Source: an uncultured bacterium
Lineage (GTDB): Bacteria > Nitrospirota > Nitrospiria > Nitrospirales > Nitrospiraceae
Length of the DNA stretch: 64,000 nt
Direction of reading: 5' to 3'
Assembly: GCA_965285945.1 (NCBI GenBank)
Contig: CBDIWP010000044.1
Span: 42,462 to 106,461 of the forward strand
Numbering within the stretch: position 1 is the stretch's first letter; each line of letters begins with the position of its first letter. Below the pieces are notes generated by a model, which made no database searches, was not told the origin of the DNA, and was given only the letters and a program-made list of their open reading frames with translations. Positions 10,058 through 20,242 of this stretch are shown here, piece by piece. Both the position numbers and the translations under genes were made by a program.

Positions 10058-11350
10058 ATGACCTACGCCTCAGCCATTGACTACCTCTACGGGCTCCAGA
10101 AGCATGGGATTAAACTGGGTTTGGAAACCATGCAGGCCCTCATGGACCGGCTTGGCCATCCCGAACACCGGTATCGCATCCTGCACATCGGCGGCACGAA
10201 CGGAAAGGGGTCGACGGCGGCGATCGCCGCGGCGATCCTTCAGGCCTCCGGCCTGCGTGTGGGACTCTACACGTCGCCTCATCTGGTCGACTTCCGCGAG
10301 CGGATTCGCGTGAACGGCGAGATGATGGCGGAAGGCGGCGTGGCCGAGCTGACGGCCCGCGTGCGGGGCGCTTCGGAGAGCCTTGAACCGACATTTTTTG
10401 AAGCCACGACGGCCTTGGCCTTCCTGCATTTCGCCGAAGCGCGGGTGGATGTGGCCGTCCTGGAGGTCGGGTTGGGCGGGCGGTTCGACGCCACCAATGT
10501 GGTCCATCCGGTGGCCTGTGCCATTACCACCATCGCGCTCGATCATCAGGAGTATTTAGGGCGGACGGAAGAGGCCATCGCGTTTGAAAAGGCGGGGATC
10601 GCAAAACCGGCCGTGCCTGTCGTGACCGGCCGCATCGGATCGCCCGCTCTCGCGGTCATCCGGACGAGCGCGGAACAGTGTGGCGCGCCGCTGTGGCAGC
10701 TGGGACGGGACTTCACGGTTGAGGGCCGGGGACCGGAATGCTTTACCTATCGCGGAAAGGTGCAGCGGCTGGAAGGGCTGTCCTGCGCGCTGGTCGGGCG
10801 ACATCAGTTGGACAATGTGGCCTGTGCCCTGGCGCTTCTCGAAGCGGCCGGTGAAGGCGCCGGGCCGGTCAATGAAGCGGCCATTCGCCTGGGACTGCGG
10901 TCGGTGCTGTGGGAGGGGCGACTTGAGTGCATCGATCACGATCCGCTGGTCGTCCTGGACGGGGCGCATAACCCCGCGGCGGGAGCCGCCCTGGCCGGGT
11001 ATCTGCGCGACTATGCGAACGACCATCCGACGGCCAGGATCATTCTGGTATTGGGCATGATGCGGGACAAAGATTACGTGAGCTTCGTGAAGCCGTTTCG
11101 CTCCATGGTGTCCGAAATCATTCTGACCCAGGCGAGCCTGGCGCGATCGGCGACGGTCCCTGAACTGCGGGCGGCGTTCGCGGATTGGACACAGCCGATT
11201 TTTGACGCGCCGTCACCGGCCTCCGCGCTGGCGCTGGCCCGCACGCATGCAGCGGCCCGTGACCTGATTTGCGTGACGGGCTCTCTCATGCTGCTCGGCG
11301 ATCTCAAGGCAGCGCTGCGTGGCTGTGGGCTGTCACCCCTCCGTGGCTAG
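10058..11350 (+). CDS. folC: Dihydrofolate synthase/folylpolyglutamate synthase
   Basis: GTNGKGS, YTSPHL, LEVGLGGRFDATN, DGAHN, GSL. Confidence 0.96.
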   Translation: MTYASAIDYLYGLQKHGIKLGLETMQALMDRLGHPEHRYRILHIGGTNGKGSTAAIAAAILQASGLRVGLYTSPHLVDFRERIRVNGEMMAEGGVAELTARVRGASESLEPTFFEATTALAFLHFAEARVDVAVLEVGLGGRFDATNVVHPVACAITTIALDHQEYLGRTEEAIAFEKAGIAKPAVPVVTGRIGSPALAVIRTSAEQCGAPLWQLGRDFTVEGRGPECFTYRGKVQRLEGLSCALVGRHQLDNVACALALLEAAGEGAGPVNEAAIRLGLRSVLWEGRLECIDHDPLVVLDGAHNPAAGAALAGYLRDYANDHPTARIILVLGMMRDKDYVSFVKPFRSMVSEIILTQASLARSATVPELRAAFADWTQPIFDAPSPASALALARTHAAARDLICVTGSLMLLGDLKAALRGCGLSPLRG

Positions 11351-11351
11351 C

Positions 11352-13805
11352 ATGGGAGATCCTTCTGGTTGGATCTCCCGTCGTACCCTTCTGGCTCTTC
11401 TGTTCGTCATGTGGATTGCACCGGGTCCGGTATGGGCGGCTGCTAAGCAGGTCACCCAGGGGCCTACCTCCGTCCCGCTGGATGTGACCGCCGAGCGCAT
11501 CGATTATCGACAGGATCAGGAGGTGTACGAAGCCGATGGATCGGTCGTTATTCGGCAAGGGTCCATCCGGCTGACGGCGGACCATGCGACGATTCAGGTC
11601 TTGCCGGGCATTCTCACGGCCACCGGTCATGTGCACATGACCGATCCGCAGACCGATATCACGAGCGAGCATTTGGAGCTCAATATCAACACGGAGGCGG
11701 GAGTGGTGACCCATGGCACTCTCTACATTCCCGCCAGCAATTCTTCCGTGTCGGGCCGCCTCATCCAGCGGTTTTCCGAATATCACTATCGTATCAAGGA
11801 AGGCAGCTTTACGAACTGCGATGCCCGGGAAGGCGATGTGCCGGCCTGGCGCATGCGCTTCGACGATCTCGACCTGACGCTGGGGGAGACGCTCGCCTTC
11901 AAGCGCGCATGGCTTTGCGTGAATGATGTGCCCGCCATCCCGCTCCCCACCCTGACGTACCCGCTGGGAACGCGGCAGAGCGGCCTGCTCATTCCGTTTG
12001 TGGGGTATGACAATCGGTTCGGCACGCATATCCAGCAAGGGCTGTATTGGGCGATCAATCCCAGCCAGGATTTGACCATCTCGCCGTCCTACTACAGTAA
12101 TTTGGGATATGGATCGGATCTCGAATACCGGTATGTCCTGGACCGGCTCTCCAGGGGCCAGTGGTATGTGAGCTATCTTCAGCAAACGAAGCTGCCCAAT
12201 CTGGCCACGTTCACCAACACGGTCGACGATCCGCGGGGGGGCCGGGCGGCCATCACCGGGAGCCATACCCAGTACTTCAATCCCAATCTCTTGCTGCGCG
12301 CCAACGTGAATTTCGTCACCGACCCAAACTATTTTCAGCAACTCAGCAACGTGGGGACTCAGCGGGCGTTGCCGAGCAACGAATCGAATCTGTTGGCGAC
12401 CCAGCGGCTGCCGTACGGCAACCTGTATTTTCTAGGACAATATCTGCAGCCACTGCAGGCCGGTGGGACCGATACTTTCCAGCGTTTGCCCGAGGTCGGG
12501 TACAGCGTGCCGAACGTTTCGATGCTGGGTTCGCCTTTTCTGTTCGGCATGGACAGCAACTTCGTCAACTTTTACCGGGAACGGGGTTTTACGCTCAATC
12601 GCGTCGATGTGGTGCCGGGCATTGCCACGGACGTCATTGATCTCGGGCATGTCGTCGGCATTACGCCGCAAGCCAAGTTCCGCGAGGTCTACTACACACG
12701 AGGCGTGGAGTCGGGGGAGGCACAGCACCGGGAGACGTTTTGGGCGGCGATCGATGCCACCTCTAAGCTGAGCCGGCGCTTCGGCCTCGACGGCGGTGGA
12801 AGTCTCTTACATACCATCGAACCCAGCGTAATGTACGAGTACGTCCCCTCCACCGATCAATCCCGCATCGCGCAAATCGACCAGGTCGACGATCTGCCGA
12901 AAAAAAACCTCCTGACCTATGCGTTGAAAAGCCGCGTATTGGAACAGGGCAAGGAAAGCGTGTTCAGCTGGTTGGACTTGACCGTGGCGCAAAGCTATCA
13001 CGTGGACGGGGTGCAGACCCGGGCCCGGGACTTTACGCCCGGAGTCAATCCAATCCTGGGCTCCTTTACTCAACCCCTGCAGCCGGCGACGGTAGAGATC
13101 CAGGGCAGAAAGTTTTCCGATGTCTGGATGCGGGCGGTCATCGGCAATGTGACGCCGCAGTACAGCCAGGAGCAGTTGGCCATGCAGGCGTTTGGCCAGG
13201 GCATCGGCAATGTCGCGTTATTTCGCCCCCCAATGAATCAGTACATGATCGTGGATGCGTTTCTAGATCCGTATCGCGGGCAGTTGAGCCAGTTCAACAC
13301 CGATCTTCGCCTGCAGGAAGGCACAAATTGGTATGTGGAGGTCGGACAGCGCTATTCGCGCGAGGGGAATCGCCCGAGGCGGGGAGATGTCTGGAATCCG
13401 ATCTCGTTCAATGAAGTCTATGCGCCGACAGAGGAAATTCAATTTGTCACGGCGGGAGGCGCATTTCGCACGCCCTGGGGATGGACGTTGGGCGCCAAGG
13501 GATACTATGACGTGAAACACAAGCGCAGCCCGGAATACGATGTCGTCGCGCTGTACCAGAACCCCTGTAAGTGCTGGTCGTTGGGACTGTTCTATCTGCA
13601 GTTCCCGGATCGTGCCCAGTACAACTTCATGTTCAGTTTAACCGGCATCGGCTGGACCGAGAATTTTGGGACGGCCCTGATGCGCTCTATCCTGAACCCG
13701 TTGTTGTGGGGCGATCGCGGACTGCCTTGGGCCGGCGCTGGCGGTGCCTACGGACGGCCGTATCAAGGCTTGACGGAGGCGGGCCTGCCGATCCCGGGCC
13801 GCTAA
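11352..13805 (+). CDS. lptD: LPS-assembly protein LptD
   Basis: N-terminal OstA-like beta-jellyroll, FTNC..PAW, RQSGLL.P, QRLPE, C-terminal CKCW; follows accD-folC. Confidence 0.85.
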   Translation: MGDPSGWISRRTLLALLFVMWIAPGPVWAAAKQVTQGPTSVPLDVTAERIDYRQDQEVYEADGSVVIRQGSIRLTADHATIQVLPGILTATGHVHMTDPQTDITSEHLELNINTEAGVVTHGTLYIPASNSSVSGRLIQRFSEYHYRIKEGSFTNCDAREGDVPAWRMRFDDLDLTLGETLAFKRAWLCVNDVPAIPLPTLTYPLGTRQSGLLIPFVGYDNRFGTHIQQGLYWAINPSQDLTISPSYYSNLGYGSDLEYRYVLDRLSRGQWYVSYLQQTKLPNLATFTNTVDDPRGGRAAITGSHTQYFNPNLLLRANVNFVTDPNYFQQLSNVGTQRALPSNESNLLATQRLPYGNLYFLGQYLQPLQAGGTDTFQRLPEVGYSVPNVSMLGSPFLFGMDSNFVNFYRERGFTLNRVDVVPGIATDVIDLGHVVGITPQAKFREVYYTRGVESGEAQHRETFWAAIDATSKLSRRFGLDGGGSLLHTIEPSVMYEYVPSTDQSRIAQIDQVDDLPKKNLLTYALKSRVLEQGKESVFSWLDLTVAQSYHVDGVQTRARDFTPGVNPILGSFTQPLQPATVEIQGRKFSDVWMRAVIGNVTPQYSQEQLAMQAFGQGIGNVALFRPPMNQYMIVDAFLDPYRGQLSQFNTDLRLQEGTNWYVEVGQRYSREGNRPRRGDVWNPISFNEVYAPTEEIQFVTAGGAFRTPWGWTLGAKGYYDVKHKRSPEYDVVALYQNPCKCWSLGLFYLQFPDRAQYNFMFSLTGIGWTENFGTALMRSILNPLLWGDRGLPWAGAGGAYGRPYQGLTEAGLPIPGR

Positions 13806-14014
13806 GACAACGGTTGGGCGCCGCATCAGGCGCCTCATGCCTGCCGCTCTTCGCGCGTATTGCTGCACAGATCGATGAACCGGCGATCCGATTTTTCGGA
13901 CGGCAGGGAGCGACGGGCCGCTTCGTGCCCGATTTGACACTAAAAACGAGGGTGGGGTACGATGCCGTCTCCGATTCATACGTGGTCATTCCAACGACGA
14001 AGGAGGGTGTGGAC

Positions 14015-14362
14015 GTGGCTGGTGAAACCTTGAAGGTGGAAGACGGGACCTGGGATGCCGAAGTGATGAAGGCTACCGAGCTCGTGATGGTCGATTTCTG
14101 GGCGGTGTGGTGCGGTCCCTGCCAGATGGTGGCTCCCATCATCGATGAGCTGGCCAAGGAATATGCGGGCAAGCTCAAAGTCCGCAAGCTCAATACCGAT
14201 GAAAATCCGGAAGTAGCCGGCCGCTATCAAGTGATGAGCATTCCCACGATCCTCTTTTTCAAGAACGGCCAACCCGTGGAAAAACTGGTAGGGGCCCGGC
14301 CGAAGCGCCAGTTTAAGGAACTCATTGACTCACTCCTTGCGCAGCATGCAGGGACTGCCTAG
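14015..14362 (+). CDS. trxA: Thioredoxin
   Basis: VDFWAVWCGPC, SIPT; GTG start after AGGAGG. Confidence 0.96.
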   Translation: MAGETLKVEDGTWDAEVMKATELVMVDFWAVWCGPCQMVAPIIDELAKEYAGKLKVRKLNTDENPEVAGRYQVMSIPTILFFKNGQPVEKLVGARPKRQFKELIDSLLAQHAGTA

Positions 14363-14382
14363 TCGCTGCCGACTCCGCAGCC

Positions 14383-16062
14383 ATGCTGACTGAGCTGCGC
14401 ATTGCCAATTTCGCCGTCCTTGAGCAGCTTAGTCTCACTGTGTCTTCCGGGTTCACCGTGTTTACGGGGGAAACCGGAGCGGGAAAATCGCTCCTCATCG
14501 ACGCGATTGCGCTTCTCGTAGGGGGGCGCGCGTCCACCGATCAAATCCGGTTCGGGGCCGAGGAGGCCCAACTCGAAGCAGCCTTTTGCATTCCGGCCCA
14601 GCATCCGGTCCTCGAACGCCTGCGATCACAAGACATCCTTGGCTCCGAGGACACCGAACTGCTCATCCGCCGTGTCATCTCCCGGTCTGGGCGAAATCGC
14701 GTGTACCTCAACGGCACCATGGTGCCGGTACATGTCCTGGAAGAGTTCGGCGGAACCCTCGTCGATATCCATGGCCAGCATGACCAGCAATCGCTGCTGT
14801 CCGGCTCCACGCAGCTCCATGTATTGGACCTATTCGGCAATCTGCAGCGATTGCGCACCGAGTACGAGACCGCCTTCACGGCATGGAAACTTGCCTGCCG
14901 GCAACGGGACGATCTTGCCGCGCAGATCCACCTCGGATCCCAACGGCAGGACTTCCTCACCTTTCAGGCTCAAGAGCTGGATGAGGCGGCCCTCCGCGCC
15001 GGTGAAGAAGAGGAACTGCAGGCAGAACGCCGCCGCCTCGGCTCATCCCAGCGGTTGGGGGAATTGACCGCAACGGCGGAGGAACGCTTACAGGCAGACA
15101 GTCAGGGCGTGCTCCCGAATCTGGTCTTGATTGAGCGGACACTGGCGGAACTGGTCCACCTCGATCCCCAGATGGAGGAGGCGGGCCGGCTCACGTCTGA
15201 AGCGAAGGTTCTGCTCAAGGAGGTGGCGGCGCGCCTCCGGGACTATACCCAGCAATTGGATACCGACCCGGACCGGCTCACCGTTCTCGAAGACCGGCTG
15301 GCGCTCATCCAGAACATGAAGAAGAAATACGGCGGGACGATCGCCGCCGCCCTCGAGTCGCACCGCCGTATCAGGGAGGAGCTGGATGGTATCGAGCATG
15401 CCGATGCCCGGTTGGAAGAATGTACCCGCGGGATAGCCGAGCGACGCCAGGCGCTCGACGAACTGGCGCGGCGCCTGTCGGGCAGACGATCCCAGACCGC
15501 AATGCGCATGACCAAAGTCGTGCGCCACGAACTCGACGCACTGAAGATGGGGCAGACTCAGTTCTCGATCCAGATCCACACCGCCGACCGTGAAGAGGCC
15601 TACGGGCCGGATGGCGCCGACCGGGCGGAGTTCTTGTTCTCGGCGAATCAGGGGGAACCGCTGAAGCCCTTGTCTCGCGTGGCCTCCGGGGGCGAGTTGT
15701 CTCGCGTGATGCTGGCGCTCAAAACGGTGCTTGCGGAGGCTGATCGGGTGCCCGTGTTGATTTTTGATGAAATCGACACGGGGGTCGGCGGCGCCATCGC
15801 CGCCGCCATCGGCAGGCGCCTACGAGGATTGGGTCATCTTCATCAGGTATTCTGCATCACCCATCTTCCACAAGTCGCCTCGCAGGCCCAGCACCACCTC
15901 GTCGTAGAGAAGTCCGCAGTCAAAGACCGGACCGTGACCACGGTACGCGCATTGAACGCGGTCCAACGTGAGAGTGAGATTGCCCGTATGTTGGGAGGGG
16001 AAACGATCACCAAGAAGGTGTTGGCGACTGCGGCGGAACTGATTGCGGAGGCGAAGGACTAA
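14383..16062 (+). CDS. recN: DNA repair protein RecN
   Basis: TGETGAGKS, IHGQH, ASGGELSR, IFDEID, ITHLPQVA, EIARMLGG. Confidence 0.97.
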   Translation: MLTELRIANFAVLEQLSLTVSSGFTVFTGETGAGKSLLIDAIALLVGGRASTDQIRFGAEEAQLEAAFCIPAQHPVLERLRSQDILGSEDTELLIRRVISRSGRNRVYLNGTMVPVHVLEEFGGTLVDIHGQHDQQSLLSGSTQLHVLDLFGNLQRLRTEYETAFTAWKLACRQRDDLAAQIHLGSQRQDFLTFQAQELDEAALRAGEEEELQAERRRLGSSQRLGELTATAEERLQADSQGVLPNLVLIERTLAELVHLDPQMEEAGRLTSEAKVLLKEVAARLRDYTQQLDTDPDRLTVLEDRLALIQNMKKKYGGTIAAALESHRRIREELDGIEHADARLEECTRGIAERRQALDELARRLSGRRSQTAMRMTKVVRHELDALKMGQTQFSIQIHTADREEAYGPDGADRAEFLFSANQGEPLKPLSRVASGGELSRVMLALKTVLAEADRVPVLIFDEIDTGVGGAIAAAIGRRLRGLGHLHQVFCITHLPQVASQAQHHLVVEKSAVKDRTVTTVRALNAVQRESEIARMLGGETITKKVLATAAELIAEAKD

Positions 16063-16085
16063 GCGGTGGCTATGGCAGCCGCGAT

Positions 16086-17231
16086 CTATAATTCAGCGGC
16101 TGTGGAGGCCATCACCATGGCGGGGAGCGAGCCCTTGCACTCATCCACGACGCGCGTGAACAGGTGGGCCAGGACGGGATCGAACTGCGTATACGCTTGA
16201 GCGGAAATCCGGTGTGTCGCGTCGGCCAGGGATATCGGATGGCGTCCAGGCGTCTCAGCCGTCAGATGGTCAAAGGCTTGAGCAATACACACGATGCGGG
16301 CGAGTAAAGGAATGCCTTCCCCCTGCAGCCCGTGAGGATATCCTTGTCCGTCCCATTGCTCATGGTGATAGGAGACAATCTGGCCGATTTCGGCGGGCAG
16401 TCCCAGCGACAGAATCATGCGCGCCCCCGCATCCGGGTGTTCTTTGCAGGACGCCGCTTGGCCGGCGGGCAGAAGTTGGTCCTCCGCAAATCGATACAAC
16501 GGCAGACTGATTTTTCCGAAGTCATGCAGAAACGCCCCCATGGCGAGCGATTTCTGCTGGGACGGGGTGAGATCCAACCGGTTAGCCAGGAGAGTGGCAT
16601 AAAAACTGACACGACTGGAGTGGTTTAAGAGTTGACGATCCTTGGCTTCCAGGATTTCCGAGAGTAACGGAAGCAGGTCTTCGGCGGGGAAAGGCCCATT
16701 CTCATGGGCCGGGTTGCCGATGGTCCAATAGCCCATCTTCAGGGCGTGCCAGGCTTGCGCGCTCTCCTGCTCGGTTCCCCAGAGGCCTGGTGATGTCTGG
16801 AGAAACCCTCTGACGAAGTCTAGCCGCTGCTTCTTTCCTAAGGTCTGGTTGATCAGCGTGATCAGTTCAATCACGTTGAACGGCTTGAGCAAATATCCTG
16901 CGGCACCGTGGCGGATGCCTTCCATGGCGGATTTCAGGCTGCCATACCCGGTGACGATGATGACTTCCGTATCCGCATAGTCGTGCTTGATCTCTTGCAG
17001 GAGTTCGATACCCTGTCGATCGGGGAGTTTTTGGTCGAGCGTGATGAGGTCTATCGGACGTGTATTGAGGATGTCCAGAGCTGCTTTGGCGTTATCGGCG
17101 GCGACGATATTGAAGAAGGGACGGAGGATTACTTTCAGCGCGTCTCGAGGTCCTGCCTCGTCGTCAACCACAAGGACCGTTGGTTTGGGCCTCGCGGTGC
17201 TGTTGGTGGTCGTTCCGCTCATAGGAGTCAT
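16086..17231 (-). CDS. Response regulator with HD-GYP domain (RpfG-like)
   Basis: REC (VVDDE..LD..TG..KP) plus HDFGK, HP, HHEQWDGQGYP. Confidence 0.92.
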   Translation of the reverse strand: MTPMSGTTTNSTARPKPTVLVVDDEAGPRDALKVILRPFFNIVAADNAKAALDILNTRPIDLITLDQKLPDRQGIELLQEIKHDYADTEVIIVTGYGSLKSAMEGIRHGAAGYLLKPFNVIELITLINQTLGKKQRLDFVRGFLQTSPGLWGTEQESAQAWHALKMGYWTIGNPAHENGPFPAEDLLPLLSEILEAKDRQLLNHSSRVSFYATLLANRLDLTPSQQKSLAMGAFLHDFGKISLPLYRFAEDQLLPAGQAASCKEHPDAGARMILSLGLPAEIGQIVSYHHEQWDGQGYPHGLQGEGIPLLARIVCIAQAFDHLTAETPGRHPISLADATHRISAQAYTQFDPVLAHLFTRVVDECKGSLPAMVMASTAAEL

Positions 17232-17257
17232 CTAGCCCCAACTACTTAGTGGCATAA

Positions 17258-17273
17258 AGCAAATGTCATTCCT
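17258..17273 (-). promoter_or_regulatory. Putative sigma54 (-24/-12) promoter of HD-GYP regulator
   Basis: AGGAATGACATTTGCT: GG-N10-GC with TTGC, ~28 nt upstream of ATG; AT-rich upstream region; adjacent to a sigma54 activator gene. Confidence 0.55.
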
Positions 17274-17413
17274 TATCAGGCATTTAGCCACTACATCAAT
17301 GGGAAGTGGCCATTCTTGGCTAAGGAGCTATATGTAGGTTCAAGGGAGCGTTATAGGAAAATAGTGTCCGAGAACAACGTGGGATAAATGACGCAATGCA
17401 CAAAAATGGTGTG

Positions 17414-18844
17414 TTATTCCTGCACCAGCGGTTCTGATTCCTGAGTCGAGTTGTTGTCGGGACGGCCAATGCCCAGGGTGTCCATGCGGTACTTCAGCAT
17501 GCGCCGGCTGATCCCTAGGAGATTAGCCGCATGGGTCTGCACGTAGTTGGTGCGTTTCAAGGCGTCCAGGATGATCTCGCGTTCAAACTCCATGACCGCC
17601 TTCTCAAGTGACATCCGTCCGGCCAGGGTATCGTCGCGGAGAGAGGAGGACCGGGAGTCGTTCTTGAGAATCGTCGGAAGATGCTCCTGCGTGATTTCTG
17701 TTGCGTTTTGCGACCAGATGAACGCCTGCTCGATGATGTTTTCCATCTCTCGGACGTTGCCCGGCCAGGGATAGCGTCCCAGCAGTTCCAGGGCCTCTTT
17801 TCCAAATTCGATAGGCGGGCGTTTCTCTTCCTCGACGCGCTTGGCGAGGAAATGTTTCGCCAGGAGAGGCACATCTTCACCACGGTCCCGCAGCGGCGGC
17901 AGATAGAGGGCAATCACGTTGATGCGATAATACAAGTCTTCGCGGAACTGTCCTTTCCGGACCAGTTCGTCCAGGTTTTTATTAGTGGCGGCCACGATGC
18001 GCACGTCGACCTTAATCGATTGGACGCCGCCGATCCGCGTGAATTCGCGTTCCTGCAAGACCCGGAGCAGTTTGGCTTGCGTCACGGCGCTGAGATCGCC
18101 GATCTCGTCAAGAAAGAGCGTTCCCGTGTGGGCCTGCTCGAATTGCCCCATGCGGCGGGCGGTCGCATCCGTAAAAGAGCCCTTTTCGTGACCGAACAGC
18201 TCACTTTCAATCAACGTTTCCGGAAGGGCGGCGCAATTGAGTGCGATGAAAGGCCGTTCCCGCCGTGAACTGTTGTAATGCAGCGCCTTGGCGACGAGTT
18301 CTTTGCCCGTTCCGCTTTCCCCCGTGATGAGCACGGTCGTTCGGCTGTCGGCGACCTGTTCGATTTTTCCGTATATTTCCTGCATCCCGGGGCTTTTCCC
18401 GATCAGGTTGTGAAAGGCGTATCGCTGCACGACTTGCGCCCGCAACTGTTTCACTTCCCGCTCTAATGCCTGGGAGTTGAGGGCGCGATCCACGACGATC
18501 CGCAATTCTTCGACGTCAAAGGGCTTGGAGAGGTAATCCGCCGCGCCCAGCTTCATCGCATCGACGGCCGTCTTCACGGACTTCGTCCCCGTCAGCATGA
18601 TGACGGGAGTCATTTTGCTTTCGGACCGGAGGGTCTGGAGGATGGCCAGTCCGTCCGTCCCGGGCAGGATGACATCCAACAGCACCAGATCCGGACCTTC
18701 TTTTCTGAACAGGTCAAGCCCCTCCTGGGCGTCCGCTGCCTGGGAAATATCGTACGACGGTTCCAACACCATTTTGAGGGAGGTCCGGACCCGTGCCTCG
18801 TCATCGATTAAGAGCACCCGCTTCTTGCCTATCGAAATAGTCAC
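17414..18844 (-). CDS. sigma54-dependent response regulator (NtrC/AtoC family)
   Basis: REC, GESGTGKE, ESELFGHEKGSFTDA, LFLDEIG, WPGNVRE, Fis HTH. Confidence 0.96.
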   Translation of the reverse strand: MTISIGKKRVLLIDDEARVRTSLKMVLEPSYDISQAADAQEGLDLFRKEGPDLVLLDVILPGTDGLAILQTLRSESKMTPVIMLTGTKSVKTAVDAMKLGAADYLSKPFDVEELRIVVDRALNSQALEREVKQLRAQVVQRYAFHNLIGKSPGMQEIYGKIEQVADSRTTVLITGESGTGKELVAKALHYNSSRRERPFIALNCAALPETLIESELFGHEKGSFTDATARRMGQFEQAHTGTLFLDEIGDLSAVTQAKLLRVLQEREFTRIGGVQSIKVDVRIVAATNKNLDELVRKGQFREDLYYRINVIALYLPPLRDRGEDVPLLAKHFLAKRVEEEKRPPIEFGKEALELLGRYPWPGNVREMENIIEQAFIWSQNATEITQEHLPTILKNDSRSSSLRDDTLAGRMSLEKAVMEFEREIILDALKRTNYVQTHAANLLGISRRMLKYRMDTLGIGRPDNNSTQESEPLVQE

Positions 18845-20133
18845 AGCACTCCTCTGTCTTCTTCGAGGAAGGACGGCAGGTGAATACGGAACGTGGTGCC
18901 GGTCCCTTCAATACTTTGTACCTGAATGTCACCCCCGTGTTCTTGGATGATCTGGTGGGCGATAGTCAGTCCCAATCCGGTGCCTTCGTTTTCGCCGCTG
19001 GTGTGCTTGGTGGTAAAAAACGGATCAAAGATATGTTCCAGGTTGGCGGCGGAGATGCCTGGTCCGGTATCTTCAATCTCGATTTGCAGTCGCGTCCTGG
19101 TGTCAGGTTTCGACAGCGCAGCGGTCCTCACCCGAAGGCAGCCGCCGCCCTGTTCGCCCATGGCGTCCATTGCGTTGAGCAGCACGTTGAGCAAGACCTG
19201 CTTGATCTGTTGACGATCCAACATGACACGAGGCAACCCGGCCGCCAACTGTTTTTCGATCTTGATCCCTCGGGTGTCCGCCTTCACTTCGATGAAATAC
19301 AGGCATGACGAGACAATGTCGTTGAGGTCCTCGTCCGTCAGCTTCGGTTCCATATAGCGCGCATAGTCCAGAATCTCCTGGATCAGCCGCTCGATCCGAT
19401 ACACGTCATCCAGGACGACTTTGCTGAAATCGCGAATGAATTCCACATCGTCTTTCCGTTCCGGAGCGAGCTGAATAAACGTCTTGATCGAGGTCAGCGG
19501 ATTCCGGATTTCGTGGGCAAACCCTCCCGCGATGATTTCCAGGGAACGCAGCCGGTCGGTCCGGCGCATGAGCGCTTGTGATTGATGGAGATCTTCGTAG
19601 ACCGTCAACGAGTCCAAGGCGTTCGCCGCCGTCTGAGCCATGGCGGTGACGAGTTCCACCTTATCGGGGTCGAGGCTGGAACGCTCCGGCGATTGGAGCA
19701 ACACAAAGGCGACCAGATGGCCTTTCGTCACCAGCGGGATGGCGACCGTCGTGGAAAGGTCGGTCAAGGCCGTGGCAAGGGGTCGGAACGGGATCGCAAC
19801 AGACTCCTGCTGCAGACAGCAGGTGCGGTCGAGAATCTGATGAACCTCCGACAGATACTGAATCAGCGGATGAGTGAAGGCGAGCGTGGCGGGGGCGAGC
19901 GCGTGGGATGCCCCCTGAGCCGCTAGACGGCGATACCGTTGTTGTTCACGCTCGGCAAGATAGAGCGCCCCTTGCGCGCAGTCGCTCATATCCGACAGGT
20001 CTGCGAGAATCCGTTCGGCGAGGCCCGATACATCGGTCATCAGCCCCATGTCCCGGGAGAATTGCGTCAGACGCTGAAGCGACTCGGATCCCGATCGCGA
20101 AGTGGCGGACTGTGGGGTTGCGTGGTCCGTCAT
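18841..20133 (-). CDS. GAF-domain sensor histidine kinase
   Basis: GAF, AHEIRNPL H-box, N-box, DTGPG, FDPFFTTK, GTGLGL. Confidence 0.94.
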   Translation of the reverse strand: MTDHATPQSATSRSGSESLQRLTQFSRDMGLMTDVSGLAERILADLSDMSDCAQGALYLAEREQQRYRRLAAQGASHALAPATLAFTHPLIQYLSEVHQILDRTCCLQQESVAIPFRPLATALTDLSTTVAIPLVTKGHLVAFVLLQSPERSSLDPDKVELVTAMAQTAANALDSLTVYEDLHQSQALMRRTDRLRSLEIIAGGFAHEIRNPLTSIKTFIQLAPERKDDVEFIRDFSKVVLDDVYRIERLIQEILDYARYMEPKLTDEDLNDIVSSCLYFIEVKADTRGIKIEKQLAAGLPRVMLDRQQIKQVLLNVLLNAMDAMGEQGGGCLRVRTAALSKPDTRTRLQIEIEDTGPGISAANLEHIFDPFFTTKHTSGENEGTGLGLTIAHQIIQEHGGDIQVQSIEGTGTTFRIHLPSFLEEDRGVL

Positions 20134-20242
20134 AACGCAAGGGCGGTGAAGAGCGAGTCGTGCATGGTGTTGTTAGGAGCGTGAAAACCAGTACGTCGGG
20201 GATGACTGTCACCAGCGGGGAGTATACACACAGGCCAGGGGT

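Noticed and set aside
13571-14014. N-terminal extension of thioredoxin (also the ORF-track extensions of folB, rimI, higA, accD and the toxin)
   Set aside because: They overlap other genes, promoters or repeats; better starts with an RBS or promoter lie downstream.
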